Virus record (IMG/VR): IMGVR_UViG_3300042006_000037
Strand: one strand, 5' to 3'
Length of the DNA stretch: 11,927 bases
Source: a virus
Lineage: Duplodnaviria > Heunggongvirae > Uroviricota > Caudoviricetes
Every line of letters starts with the position of its first letter. Positions within the stretch are counted from its first letter, which is position 1. The translations under genes were made by a program, and so were the position numbers. The notes below the pieces were generated by a model. It was not told the DNA's origin. It saw nothing but the letters and a program-made list of their open reading frames with translations, and searched no databases. Of this stretch, positions 1-4,941 are shown one piece after another.

Positions 1-433
1 CGACATAATCATGGTAATCTTTGAACTGACGATAGATTACACCTTCACCAACACCATTTGGTCGCAGACGATCACGCTTGTAAGCAGTATCTTGTGCTAC
101 ATGAAACTCTTTGATTTCAACAACATAGCCAAGGTCTTGCAGAGTTCGCACCAGATTGTTACGACGACCGGTATTCAAGTTGGTGTCACTGATCACAATG
201 TTCTCATCACGCGCCCAACTTTCCATGATCATTTGTTCATGAACTTCGGAAACTTCTTTCTCATTCTTACCATTGAACTTGTAGTTGCTCCAGTTCGAAC
301 CCGGACATACGACATTGAATCGAATGTAATCCCGATTGATATCACGGAAACCTTGAGCAACAAGCTCATTTGCAAAAGTGGTTTTACCACTTGCACTTAC
401 ACCAACTGTAATAATTGCCTTCAATTTACACAT
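1..433 (-). CDS. pseT: Polynucleotide 5'-kinase (T4 PseT/Pnkp-like), N-terminal kinase domain; runs off the left edge
   Basis: Not in the ORF track. ATG at 433 with SD AAGGAG (435-440, minus). Translation MCKLKAIITVGVSASGKTTFANELVAQGFRDINRDYIRF...IVISDTNLN... has a P-loop GxxxSGKTT, the RD catalytic motif and the DxTNL motif of T4 Pnk. The start overlaps the ligase stop. Confidence 0.85.
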   Translation of the reverse strand, partial: MCKLKAIITVGVSASGKTTFANELVAQGFRDINRDYIRFNVVCPGSNWSNYKFNGKNEKEVSEVHEQMIMESWARDENIVISDTNLNTGRRNNLVRTLQDLGYVVEIKEFHVAQDTAYKRDRLRPNGVGEGVIYRQFKDYHDYV

Positions 434-1562
434 ACTCCTTTAGAATTTCCATTTTATAACTGTCGCGTTGATCATTGAACGCATGAATCGCACACATGTT
501 TTTAGCACGAGCTTGGAACAATGCTGCTTTAAACGGATGTTTTTGAGCAACTACAGCAAACTCCTTCTGCTCTGAGATTCCCTTGATTTCATCGTAAGAA
601 TCACCAATTGCATCTGTAAGCTTCAGATATGCGTTAACATATGGCATAATCACAACCTCATCATCCGGGAAGTAATTAAGATACTCGTGATGTTCACCAC
701 TAAGAACCAATTGCATTACACGTTTAGGATTCAAACCTTCACCACGAATATGGTGGACAGCCACATAAGTTGGAGACTTAACCTTTGCAATAGGTACACC
801 ATCTTGGTATACAACGTAACCTTCGTCAAGGTCTTTCAACTCACGAGAAGTGCGAAGACATTCTTCAACTGTGTCAAATCGATATTCTTTCGGTTGCTGA
901 ATCAGTTTAGACAGCGGGCATGATTCGTCGACCAACCACTCACGTTCATACTCTGTTTCGTATTCACCTGTTTCATTATTGCGTGCAGCAAGGAAATGTA
1001 GTTTGTAACCTTCATAACGTTTGACGACACGGTTTTCAACACTTGTCAATTCAAAGATATACGTGTTATGGAAATGGAGAAGCGACTGATTCATCAGTAG
1101 TTGAAAACGACTATCTGTATCACATCCAAGAGCCTTCAGCACCAGCTCCTTGAACGTTACACCATAACCCATGCAATCGCTCTCACCATAAGCTGTTCCC
1201 TTTGTAGAGACGTTCCAGCGGCCTTTGTGGCGATAGATCTTAATCAGACTACCGTCAACCTTGTCATAAGTAACTGCTTTACTCCAATCAATCACAGGCA
1301 TGACATTCAATGCCTCACCGTAGTTAAAGAATCGGTCGAAGCTGCGAGAAACAACACGTAAGGTTCCAGCTTCCAGAATCAGACTGCGACATTCCATCAC
1401 AATCGGATTTGTCTTTGGGCTATCAATCTGGTTGTAGTTCAGTACCAGCAGATCATCCACCTTCTTTACGCTGATTGCTAGCTGTTCGGTCAGTGCAGAC
1501 AATCCTTCATCCAGATCGTGAAGAGACGTACTATGTCGTTTGATGAATTCGATTACTTGCAT
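426..1562 (-). CDS. rnlA: ATP-dependent RNA ligase, T4 Rnl1-like
   Basis: Nucleotidyltransferase motifs: I (YDKVDGSLIKIY), III (YIFELTS), IV (DEGYVV), V (AKVKS). The N-terminal NY/ECRSLIL/RSFDRFFN segment is typical of Rnl1. SD GGAG upstream; adjacent to Pnk. Confidence 0.88.
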   Translation of the reverse strand: MQVIEFIKRHSTSLHDLDEGLSALTEQLAISVKKVDDLLVLNYNQIDSPKTNPIVMECRSLILEAGTLRVVSRSFDRFFNYGEALNVMPVIDWSKAVTYDKVDGSLIKIYRHKGRWNVSTKGTAYGESDCMGYGVTFKELVLKALGCDTDSRFQLLMNQSLLHFHNTYIFELTSVENRVVKRYEGYKLHFLAARNNETGEYETEYEREWLVDESCPLSKLIQQPKEYRFDTVEECLRTSRELKDLDEGYVVYQDGVPIAKVKSPTYVAVHHIRGEGLNPKRVMQLVLSGEHHEYLNYFPDDEVVIMPYVNAYLKLTDAIGDSYDEIKGISEQKEFAVVAQKHPFKAALFQARAKNMCAIHAFNDQRDSYKMEILKEYV

Positions 1563-1591
1563 TTTGTTTCTCCGGTTGGTTTATGTCGCTC

Positions 1592-1619
1592 ATTCTACAG
1601 CAGGCTAACACATTGTCAA
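1592..1619 (-). promoter_or_regulatory. sigma70-type promoter for the ligase-Pnk operon
   Basis: Minus strand TTGACA (1619-1614), 16-bp spacer, TAGAAT (1597-1592), about 30 nt upstream of the ligase ATG. Confidence 0.7.
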
Positions 1620-1628
1620 CGATTATTT

Positions 1629-1704
1629 TCACCACCCTCTGAGGTAGGTCAAACACAATGTCACCACCCTGTCAGGTAGGTGTGTCACCACCCTCAGAGG
1701 GTCT
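1629..1704. repeat. Three direct repeats TCACCACCCT + dyad (operator/iteron-like)
   Basis: TCACCACCCTCTGAGGTAGG (1629-1648), TCACCACCCTGTCAGGTAGG (1661-1680), TCACCACCCTCAGAGGGTCT (1685-1704). Each contains CCTS-W-SAGG dyad symmetry. Confidence 0.85.
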
Positions 1705-1752
1705 GAAGTAAGAAAGACTGAGTAAGACAGATAAGTAGTAAGAAAGAAAAGC

Positions 1753-1781
1753 TTGCGTACACGTCCTCCCATGGGTATGGT
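1753..1781 (+). promoter_or_regulatory. Possible sigma70 promoter for the wHTH gene
   Basis: TTGCGT (1753-1758), 17 bp, TATGGT (1776-1781), 30 nt before the ATG at 1812. Confidence 0.45.
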
Positions 1782-1811
1782 GTATGGAATTACAGAACAG
1801 AGTGAAGGACA

Positions 1812-2273
1812 ATGAGTAGTGAGTTTTACAAGGCACCTAAGAATCTGATGAGTGCTACTGGATTCGTAAGTAAATCAACAGGTGAACCAGTAGACCTTAC
1901 TGCTGTTGATAAACTGGTGCTGATCTACATGTACGCAAGAACCACATACTTCAACATCTCGGGAGGAGGTCATTACGAAACACAGGTCACCATTGGTAAT
2001 GCAATCGGTTTGGAATGGAAGGCAGTAGCAAGATCGTTAAAGAAGATGTACGATGGTGGTGTGATAGATGCAGACAAACCAAGATCCAATGGTAACAAGA
2101 GTTGGGTGTACAAGAGTGTGAACCTCGACATTCAATTCTTTGGAACCAAGAGAATTCAAAAAGAAGTGAGAATAGTGGTTGACAAGGTTGATGAACAGAG
2201 TACCATAGAACCACAAGCGAACGACGATATGTTCGAAGACGATGAATTTTTATCTAGCATACAATGGGAGTGA
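1812..2273 (+). CDS. Winged helix-turn-helix DNA-binding protein (phage replication-initiator-like N-terminal fold)
   Basis: FYKAPKNL...LTAVDKLVLIYMYAR...ETQVTIGNAIGLEWKAVARSLKKMYDGGVI matches the pattern of HTH_36/RepA_N-like wHTH domains; acidic C-terminal tail; SD GAAGGA. Confidence 0.6.
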   Translation: MSSEFYKAPKNLMSATGFVSKSTGEPVDLTAVDKLVLIYMYARTTYFNISGGGHYETQVTIGNAIGLEWKAVARSLKKMYDGGVIDADKPRSNGNKSWVYKSVNLDIQFFGTKRIQKEVRIVVDKVDEQSTIEPQANDDMFEDDEFLSSIQWE

Positions 2274-2278
2274 TCGTA

Positions 2279-2515
2279 ATGAATGATGGAATCATGAATA
2301 CTTGGGATGTGGTCAGTTCAGACCATGGTGCTGTGATGTTTCGGTGTGCAAAACACAGCACTGCTGAGTACCTCCGTGACTGGTGTGAAGCTGAAGAGTG
2401 GAATCTATTTCTGAATACTTCAAAACGGTTGTATGGTGTTTATCCACATGTGATACCACTCATGGAAAAAAGAATTGATACATATTCCGTAACTGAGAGT
2501 GAGGTAATTCTGTGA
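2279..2515 (+). CDS. Hypothetical protein (78 aa)
   Basis: Start revised from 2264 to ATG 2279 because SD GGGAG lies at 2266-2270; tightly packed after the wHTH gene. Confidence 0.65.
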   Translation: MNDGIMNTWDVVSSDHGAVMFRCAKHSTAEYLRDWCEAEEWNLFLNTSKRLYGVYPHVIPLMEKRIDTYSVTESEVIL

Positions 2516-2688
2516 GTTTTGAGTTTGATTGCAATTTCTTTGGTGGTGCTGTACTGGCTGATGCTTCATGTGGGTCTGTAAGTATCTGTAATCGCTTTGG
2601 AGAGGTTTTAACTGTAAACCTTGATCACGATCCAGAATTTACATTGTCAGGTCTTACAGCTCCTTGTAGCCTGTCTGAGCAATGGTGA
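2512..2688 (+). CDS. Hypothetical protein (58 aa)
   Basis: Not in the ORF track. GTG start overlaps the upstream TGA (GTGA), SD GAGGT 2501-2505; MSFEFDCNFFGGAVLADASCGSVSICNRFGEVLTVNLDHDPEFTLSGLTAPCSLSEQW. Confidence 0.6.
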   Translation: MSFEFDCNFFGGAVLADASCGSVSICNRFGEVLTVNLDHDPEFTLSGLTAPCSLSEQW

Positions 2689-2692
2689 TAAA

Positions 2693-2884
2693 ATGCTGTG
2701 TGAATATGAATGTTATCTGATTGGTGGTCCTTGGATTTCTGAGAATCCAAATTGTCCAACACATGGTAGTAATCGTGATTACATCAATGATGAGTATCGT
2801 CAATCAAAACTCAACGTACTGATTCGTTGCTGGAATCGTGAGATTAGTGCTGACGAAGCGCTTGACGAATTGGATTACTTGTAG
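2693..2884 (+). CDS. Hypothetical Cys/His-containing protein (63 aa)
   Basis: In-frame ATG at 2693 with SD GGTGA 2684-2688, replacing the track's 2621 start; CEYEC...CPTH could bind a metal. Confidence 0.6.
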   Translation: MLCEYECYLIGGPWISENPNCPTHGSNRDYINDEYRQSKLNVLIRCWNREISADEALDELDYL

Positions 2885-2889
2885 TGGTC

Positions 2890-2919
2890 TTGACATTTTC
2901 AACCTATCAGGTGTAGAGT
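2890..2919 (+). promoter_or_regulatory. Possible sigma70 promoter
   Basis: TTGACA 2890-2895, 18 bp, TAGAGT 2914-2919, in the intergenic gap. Confidence 0.45.
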
Positions 2920-2952
2920 GTAGTCTTCTTTAATCAACAGAGGACAAACAAT

Positions 2953-3120
2953 GTGAATAACCCCGATAGCTATGAAAATGTAATGAAAGAAATGGAAGAG
3001 GTTAATGACGAACTCGAATCAGAAGATCTTAGTGAAAGTAAGGACTTCAAGTTTGAATATGCATTCGAGTCATTGACAAATAAAAACTCATCTTACAAGA
3101 GGCGCAACTATGATGTTTGA
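2953..3120 (+). CDS. Small acidic hypothetical protein (55 aa)
   Basis: GTG start 9 nt after GAGG; MNNPDSYENVMKEMEEVNDELESEDLSESKDFKFEYAFESLTNKNSSYKRRNYDV; below the ORF-track cutoff. Confidence 0.55.
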   Translation: MNNPDSYENVMKEMEEVNDELESEDLSESKDFKFEYAFESLTNKNSSYKRRNYDV

Positions 3121-3199
3121 AGAACATGGAGTTGGTGAGGGGATCGGTTGTGAAGAGATTGATCTTGGGTTGTTTATGAAAGAAGAGGAATGGATTTAA
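3110..3199 (+). CDS. Very small acidic hypothetical protein (29 aa)
   Basis: SD AAGAGG 3097-3102; MMFEEHGVGEGIGCEEIDLGLFMKEEEWI; overlaps the previous stop. Confidence 0.4.
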   Translation: MMFEEHGVGEGIGCEEIDLGLFMKEEEWI

Positions 3200-3217
3200 A
3201 ATAATTTGAACTACGTA

Positions 3218-3246
3218 TTGACATCAGAAGGGAGTCTCTGTATAAT
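3218..3246 (+). promoter_or_regulatory. Consensus sigma70 promoter of the tRNA operon
   Basis: TTGACA 3218-3223, 17 bp, TATAAT 3241-3246; start site expected around 3252-3253. Confidence 0.9.
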
Positions 3247-3250
3247 GGGC

Positions 3251-3356
3251 AACATATCCAGACAAAAGAGCACTTCCTTTACTGATGAATTGGTACATAG
3301 CCCTCTCCTCTATGGAATCAGGTGATGTAAAGGATTGCTTGTTGTGATTTGATGTT
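3251..3356 (+). ncRNA. Candidate rod-shaped small RNA / structured leader
   Basis: Nested helices by eye: AACAU/AUGUU, ACAA/UUGU, GAGCA/UGCUU, UCCUUUAC/GUAAAGGA, CUGAU/AUCAG, CAUAG/CUAUG, closing a CCCUCUCCU loop. Confidence 0.4.
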
Positions 3357-3396
3357 AGTGTCCATTGGCCTTCCAAATCGTAACAACAAACATTGC

Positions 3397-3473
3397 AGGT
3401 CGGTGGCTCCAATTGGTACAGCAGCGGATTCCAAATCCGCCAACTCTAGGTTCAAGTCCTAGTCGACCTGCCA
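3397..3473 (+). tRNA. trnW: tRNA-Trp(CCA)
   Basis: Acceptor AGGTCGG/TCGACCT, anticodon stem GCGGA/TCCGC with loop TT-CCA-AA, T-arm CTAGG-TTCAAGT-CCTAG, G73, encoded CCA. Confidence 0.95.
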
Positions 3474-3480
3474 AACAAAA

Positions 3481-3555
3481 GCGTGATTAGTGTAATTGGT
3501 AACACTTCTGACTTCCAATCAGACATTAAGAGTTCGAGTCTCTTATCCCGCACCA
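3481..3555 (+). tRNA. trnG: tRNA-Gly(UCC)
   Basis: Acceptor GCGTGAT/ATCCCGC (U4.C69 mismatch), anticodon stem TCTGA/TCAGA with loop CT-TCC-AA, T-loop TTCGAGT, A73, CCA. Confidence 0.9.
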
Positions 3556-3612
3556 AACAATAAGAGCACCAAGTGTGGCTAGGCACATGTCAACCCTCTA
3601 GCAGAATTTAAA

Positions 3613-3699
3613 TGGTAAGTGGGGGAACTGGTAGACCCATCGCACTGTTAATGCGACGACGAAAGTCAACTGTAGGTTCGAAACCTACCTTACCAGCCA
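3613..3699 (+). tRNA. trnN: tRNA-Asn(GUU) with a long variable arm
   Basis: Acceptor TGGTAAG/CTTACCA, anticodon stem TCGCA/TGCGA with loop CT-GTT-AA, 15-nt variable region with GAC-GAAA-GTC hairpin, T-arm GTAGG-TTCGAAA-CCTAC, G73, CCA. Confidence 0.88.
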
Positions 3700-3730
3700 A
3701 ACATGTTGTAACTAAAGAGGAGCTGTAAAG

Positions 3731-3856
3731 ATGGTTAAGTTTTACGATGCAACTAAAGAACACAAGATGATCGAGAAGAGTAAAGAGAAATCGAAAGGTC
3801 ATCCGAACAAAGGTTTGAAAGGTAAGAATCCTTATTCTGGTAAGGTTGTTTCCTAA
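3731..3856 (+). CDS. Small Lys-rich basic protein (41 aa) within the tRNA cluster
   Basis: SD GAGGAG 3717-3722; MVKFYDATKEHKMIEKSKEKSKGHPNKGLKGKNPYSGKVVS; fills the Asn-Asp spacer almost exactly. Confidence 0.65.
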   Translation: MVKFYDATKEHKMIEKSKEKSKGHPNKGLKGKNPYSGKVVS

Positions 3857-3863
3857 GTTTCAA

Positions 3864-3939
3864 AGTGTATTAGTATAGTGGTCGATTATGCTGGCCTGTC
3901 ACGCCGGAGACACGAGTTCAATTCTCGTATACACTGCCA
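3864..3939 (+). tRNA. trnD: tRNA-Asp(GUC)
   Basis: Acceptor AGTGTAT/ATACACT, anticodon stem CTGGC/GCCGG with loop CT-GTC-AC, T-arm ACGAG-TTCAATT-CTCGT, G73, CCA. Confidence 0.95.
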
Positions 3940-4005
3940 ATTACTATGTTTCACTGAGCGTGCTAAGGTTTCCGTCACCTAAGCGCCAGTAACTAAGACG
4001 GACAT

Positions 4006-4081
4006 GCCGGTTTAGCTCAGATGGTAGAGCAACGCACTTGTAATGCGGAGGTCGTGAGTTCAATCCTTACAATCGGCACCA
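4006..4081 (+). tRNA. trnT: tRNA-Thr(UGU)
   Basis: Acceptor GCCGGTT/AATCGGC, D-arm GCTC-AGATGGTA-GAGC, loop CT-TGT-AA, A27.G43 mismatch, A73, CCA. Confidence 0.95.
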
Positions 4082-4144
4082 AATTCGTAGAAATGCTATT
4101 TGGTCTAAACCAACAATAGCGAACGGGGTATACGCCCCATTATG

Positions 4145-4220
4145 TGAGATAACTGATTTGGGTTCGATTCCCACCTTCCTTGACCGGAAGTTGCACACCG
4201 GCTGCGATCAGGTAAGCTCA
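4145..4220 (+). ncRNA. Permuted tRNA-like cloverleaf no. 1 (YrlA/Y-RNA-like topology)
   Basis: Closing stem CTGAT 4153-57/ATCAG 4207-11 (extends to TGAG/CTCA); T-arm TGGG-TTCGATT-CCCA 4159-73; looped acceptor-like stem CTTCC/GGAAG 4175-90; D-like arm GCA-CACCGGC-TGC 4193-4205. Confidence 0.5.
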
Positions 4221-4303
4221 ACAGGTATTCAACTTTCGATACTAGTCAGATAGTTGTGTACCGGATCTAATTCAAGCAGGCTTGAGAACATCGCTTGTTA
4301 ACA

Positions 4304-4385
4304 GTTGCTTGGTGTGCATGGGTTCGAGTCCCATTTCTGGTGGCATACACCGGAGTAAGCTCAGTCGGTAGAGCTACCTAATAAC
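4304..4385 (+). ncRNA. Permuted tRNA-like cloverleaf no. 2 (YrlA/Y-RNA-like topology)
   Basis: T-arm ATGGG-TTCGAGT-CCCAT 4318-34; 7-bp acceptor stem TTCTGGT 4335-41/ACCGGAG 4349-55 closed by a 7-nt loop; D-arm GCTC-AGTCGGTA-GAGC 4359-74; closing stem GTTGCTTGGT/ACCTAATAAC. Confidence 0.55.
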
Positions 4386-4389
4386 AAAA

Positions 4390-4472
4390 GGATCAGTAGG
4401 GTAATTGGTAACCCAATGGACTGTAACTCCACGCTGAATGCATTGTTGGTTCGAGTCCAACCTGATCCACCA
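4390..4472 (+). tRNA. trnY: tRNA-Tyr(GUA)
   Basis: Acceptor GGATCAG/CTGATCC, loop CT-GTA-AC, class II variable region, T-arm GTTGG-TTCGAGT-CCAAC, A73, CCA. Confidence 0.95.
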
Positions 4473-4483
4473 ATTTGTAATAT

Positions 4484-4559
4484 CTCCTCTTAGCTCAGTT
4501 GGTAGAGTGCTCGGTTTGGAACTGAGAAGTCGAAGGTTCGAGTCCTTCAGGGGTGACCA
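4484..4559 (+). tRNA. trnP: tRNA-Pro(UGG)
   Basis: Acceptor CTCCTCT/AGGGGTG (C1-G72, U2.U71), anticodon stem CTCGG/CTGAG with loop TT-TGG-AA, T-arm GAAGG-TTCGAGT-CCTTC, A73, CCA. Confidence 0.93.
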
Positions 4560-4575
4560 ATTAAAGGAGTATTTG

Positions 4576-4746
4576 ATGAAAGTTAAAATGCGTCGTCGTC
4601 AACTTAAAGATATGGGACCAGCAGATTGTCGTTGCTGTTCACGTCTTAGTTGGAAAGAATGCAGACTTGATCGTCAGATACTGAAAGAAGTTTTAGAAGA
4701 TACAATGGTAGCTCAACCCGATGGACGGCGACGGGACTGGTCTTGA
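4576..4746 (+). CDS. Small basic Cys-containing protein (56 aa), overlapping tRNA-Ser
   Basis: SD AAAGGAG 4563-4569; MKVKMRRRQLKDMGPADCRCCSRLSWKECRLD...; the true start is 4576, not the track's 4438, which reads through two tRNAs. Confidence 0.6.
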   Translation: MKVKMRRRQLKDMGPADCRCCSRLSWKECRLDRQILKEVLEDTMVAQPDGRRRDWS

Positions 4747-4800
4747 AAACCGGCGAGCGTTAATAGCGCCTTTAGAGTTCGATCCTCTAAGCTACCGCCA
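4707..4800 (+). tRNA. trnS: tRNA-Ser(UGA)
   Basis: Acceptor GGTAGCT/AGCTACC, anticodon stem CTGGT/ACCGG with loop CT-TGA-AA, long variable arm, T-arm TAGAG-TTCGATC-CTCTA, G73, CCA. Atypical CAA connector and enlarged D-loop. Confidence 0.9.
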
Positions 4801-4806
4801 AACAAT

Positions 4807-4894
4807 AGTACAATGTCTGAGTGGCTTAAAGAAACGGTTTGCTAAACCGTCGAGTGTAAAAGCTCCGTAGGTTCAAATCCTACTTGTACTGCCA
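4807..4894 (+). tRNA. trnS: tRNA-Ser(GCU)
   Basis: Acceptor AGTACAA/TTGTACT, anticodon stem ACGGT/ACCGT with loop TT-GCT-AA, variable arm GAG/CTC, T-arm GTAGG-TTCAAAT-CCTAC, G73, CCA. Confidence 0.95.
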
Positions 4895-4941
4895 AACAAT
4901 TACCCGACAAGGAATTGTAACTGCCTCAAGGCAGACACCAT

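Noticed and set aside
11-478. Plus-strand 155-aa ORF, and similarly 687-923 and 1101-1361
   Set aside because: Antisense shadows of the Pnk and ligase genes, which carry clear motifs; no RBS.
3073-3100. TTGACA at 3073-3078 as an extra promoter
   Set aside because: No acceptable -10 at 16-18 bp, and it lies inside a coding region.
3940-4005. Imperfect hairpin in the Asp-Thr spacer (ACUG..GCG..AGG / CCU..CGC.CAGU)
   Set aside because: Short and mismatched; spacer hairpins are common and no motif was recognised.
4260-4345. A conventional linear tRNA (ACCGGAU pairing with UUCUGGU; 6-bp D-like hairpin reminiscent of tRNA-Sec)
   Set aside because: No anticodon stem can be formed, the 3' end is GCA rather than CCA, and the downstream ACCGGAG pairs better (7/7). 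It is kept only as the decayed-duplicate alternative for the permuted element.
4082-4389. tmRNA (one- or two-piece), group I intron or HDV-like/theta ribozyme in the Thr-Tyr spacer
   Set aside because: No G3.U70 Ala acceptor with CCA, no tag ORF, and no recognisable P/Q/R/S core or nested double pseudoknot by eye. An Infernal search would be needed to exclude these formally.
4438-4575. N-terminal extension of the 102-aa ORF in the track
   Set aside because: It reads through tRNA-Tyr and tRNA-Pro; the real SD and ATG are at 4563-4578.
3470-4900. CCA-AACA trailer after five tRNAs, suggesting a repeat or CRISPR-like array
   Set aside because: Only 4-5 nt and irregularly spaced; best explained as A-rich 3'-processing sites.
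4895-4940. Two small hairpins before the tRNA-operon terminator (for example CTGCC-TCAA-GGCAG)
   Set aside because: Too short to assign a function; no supporting motif.
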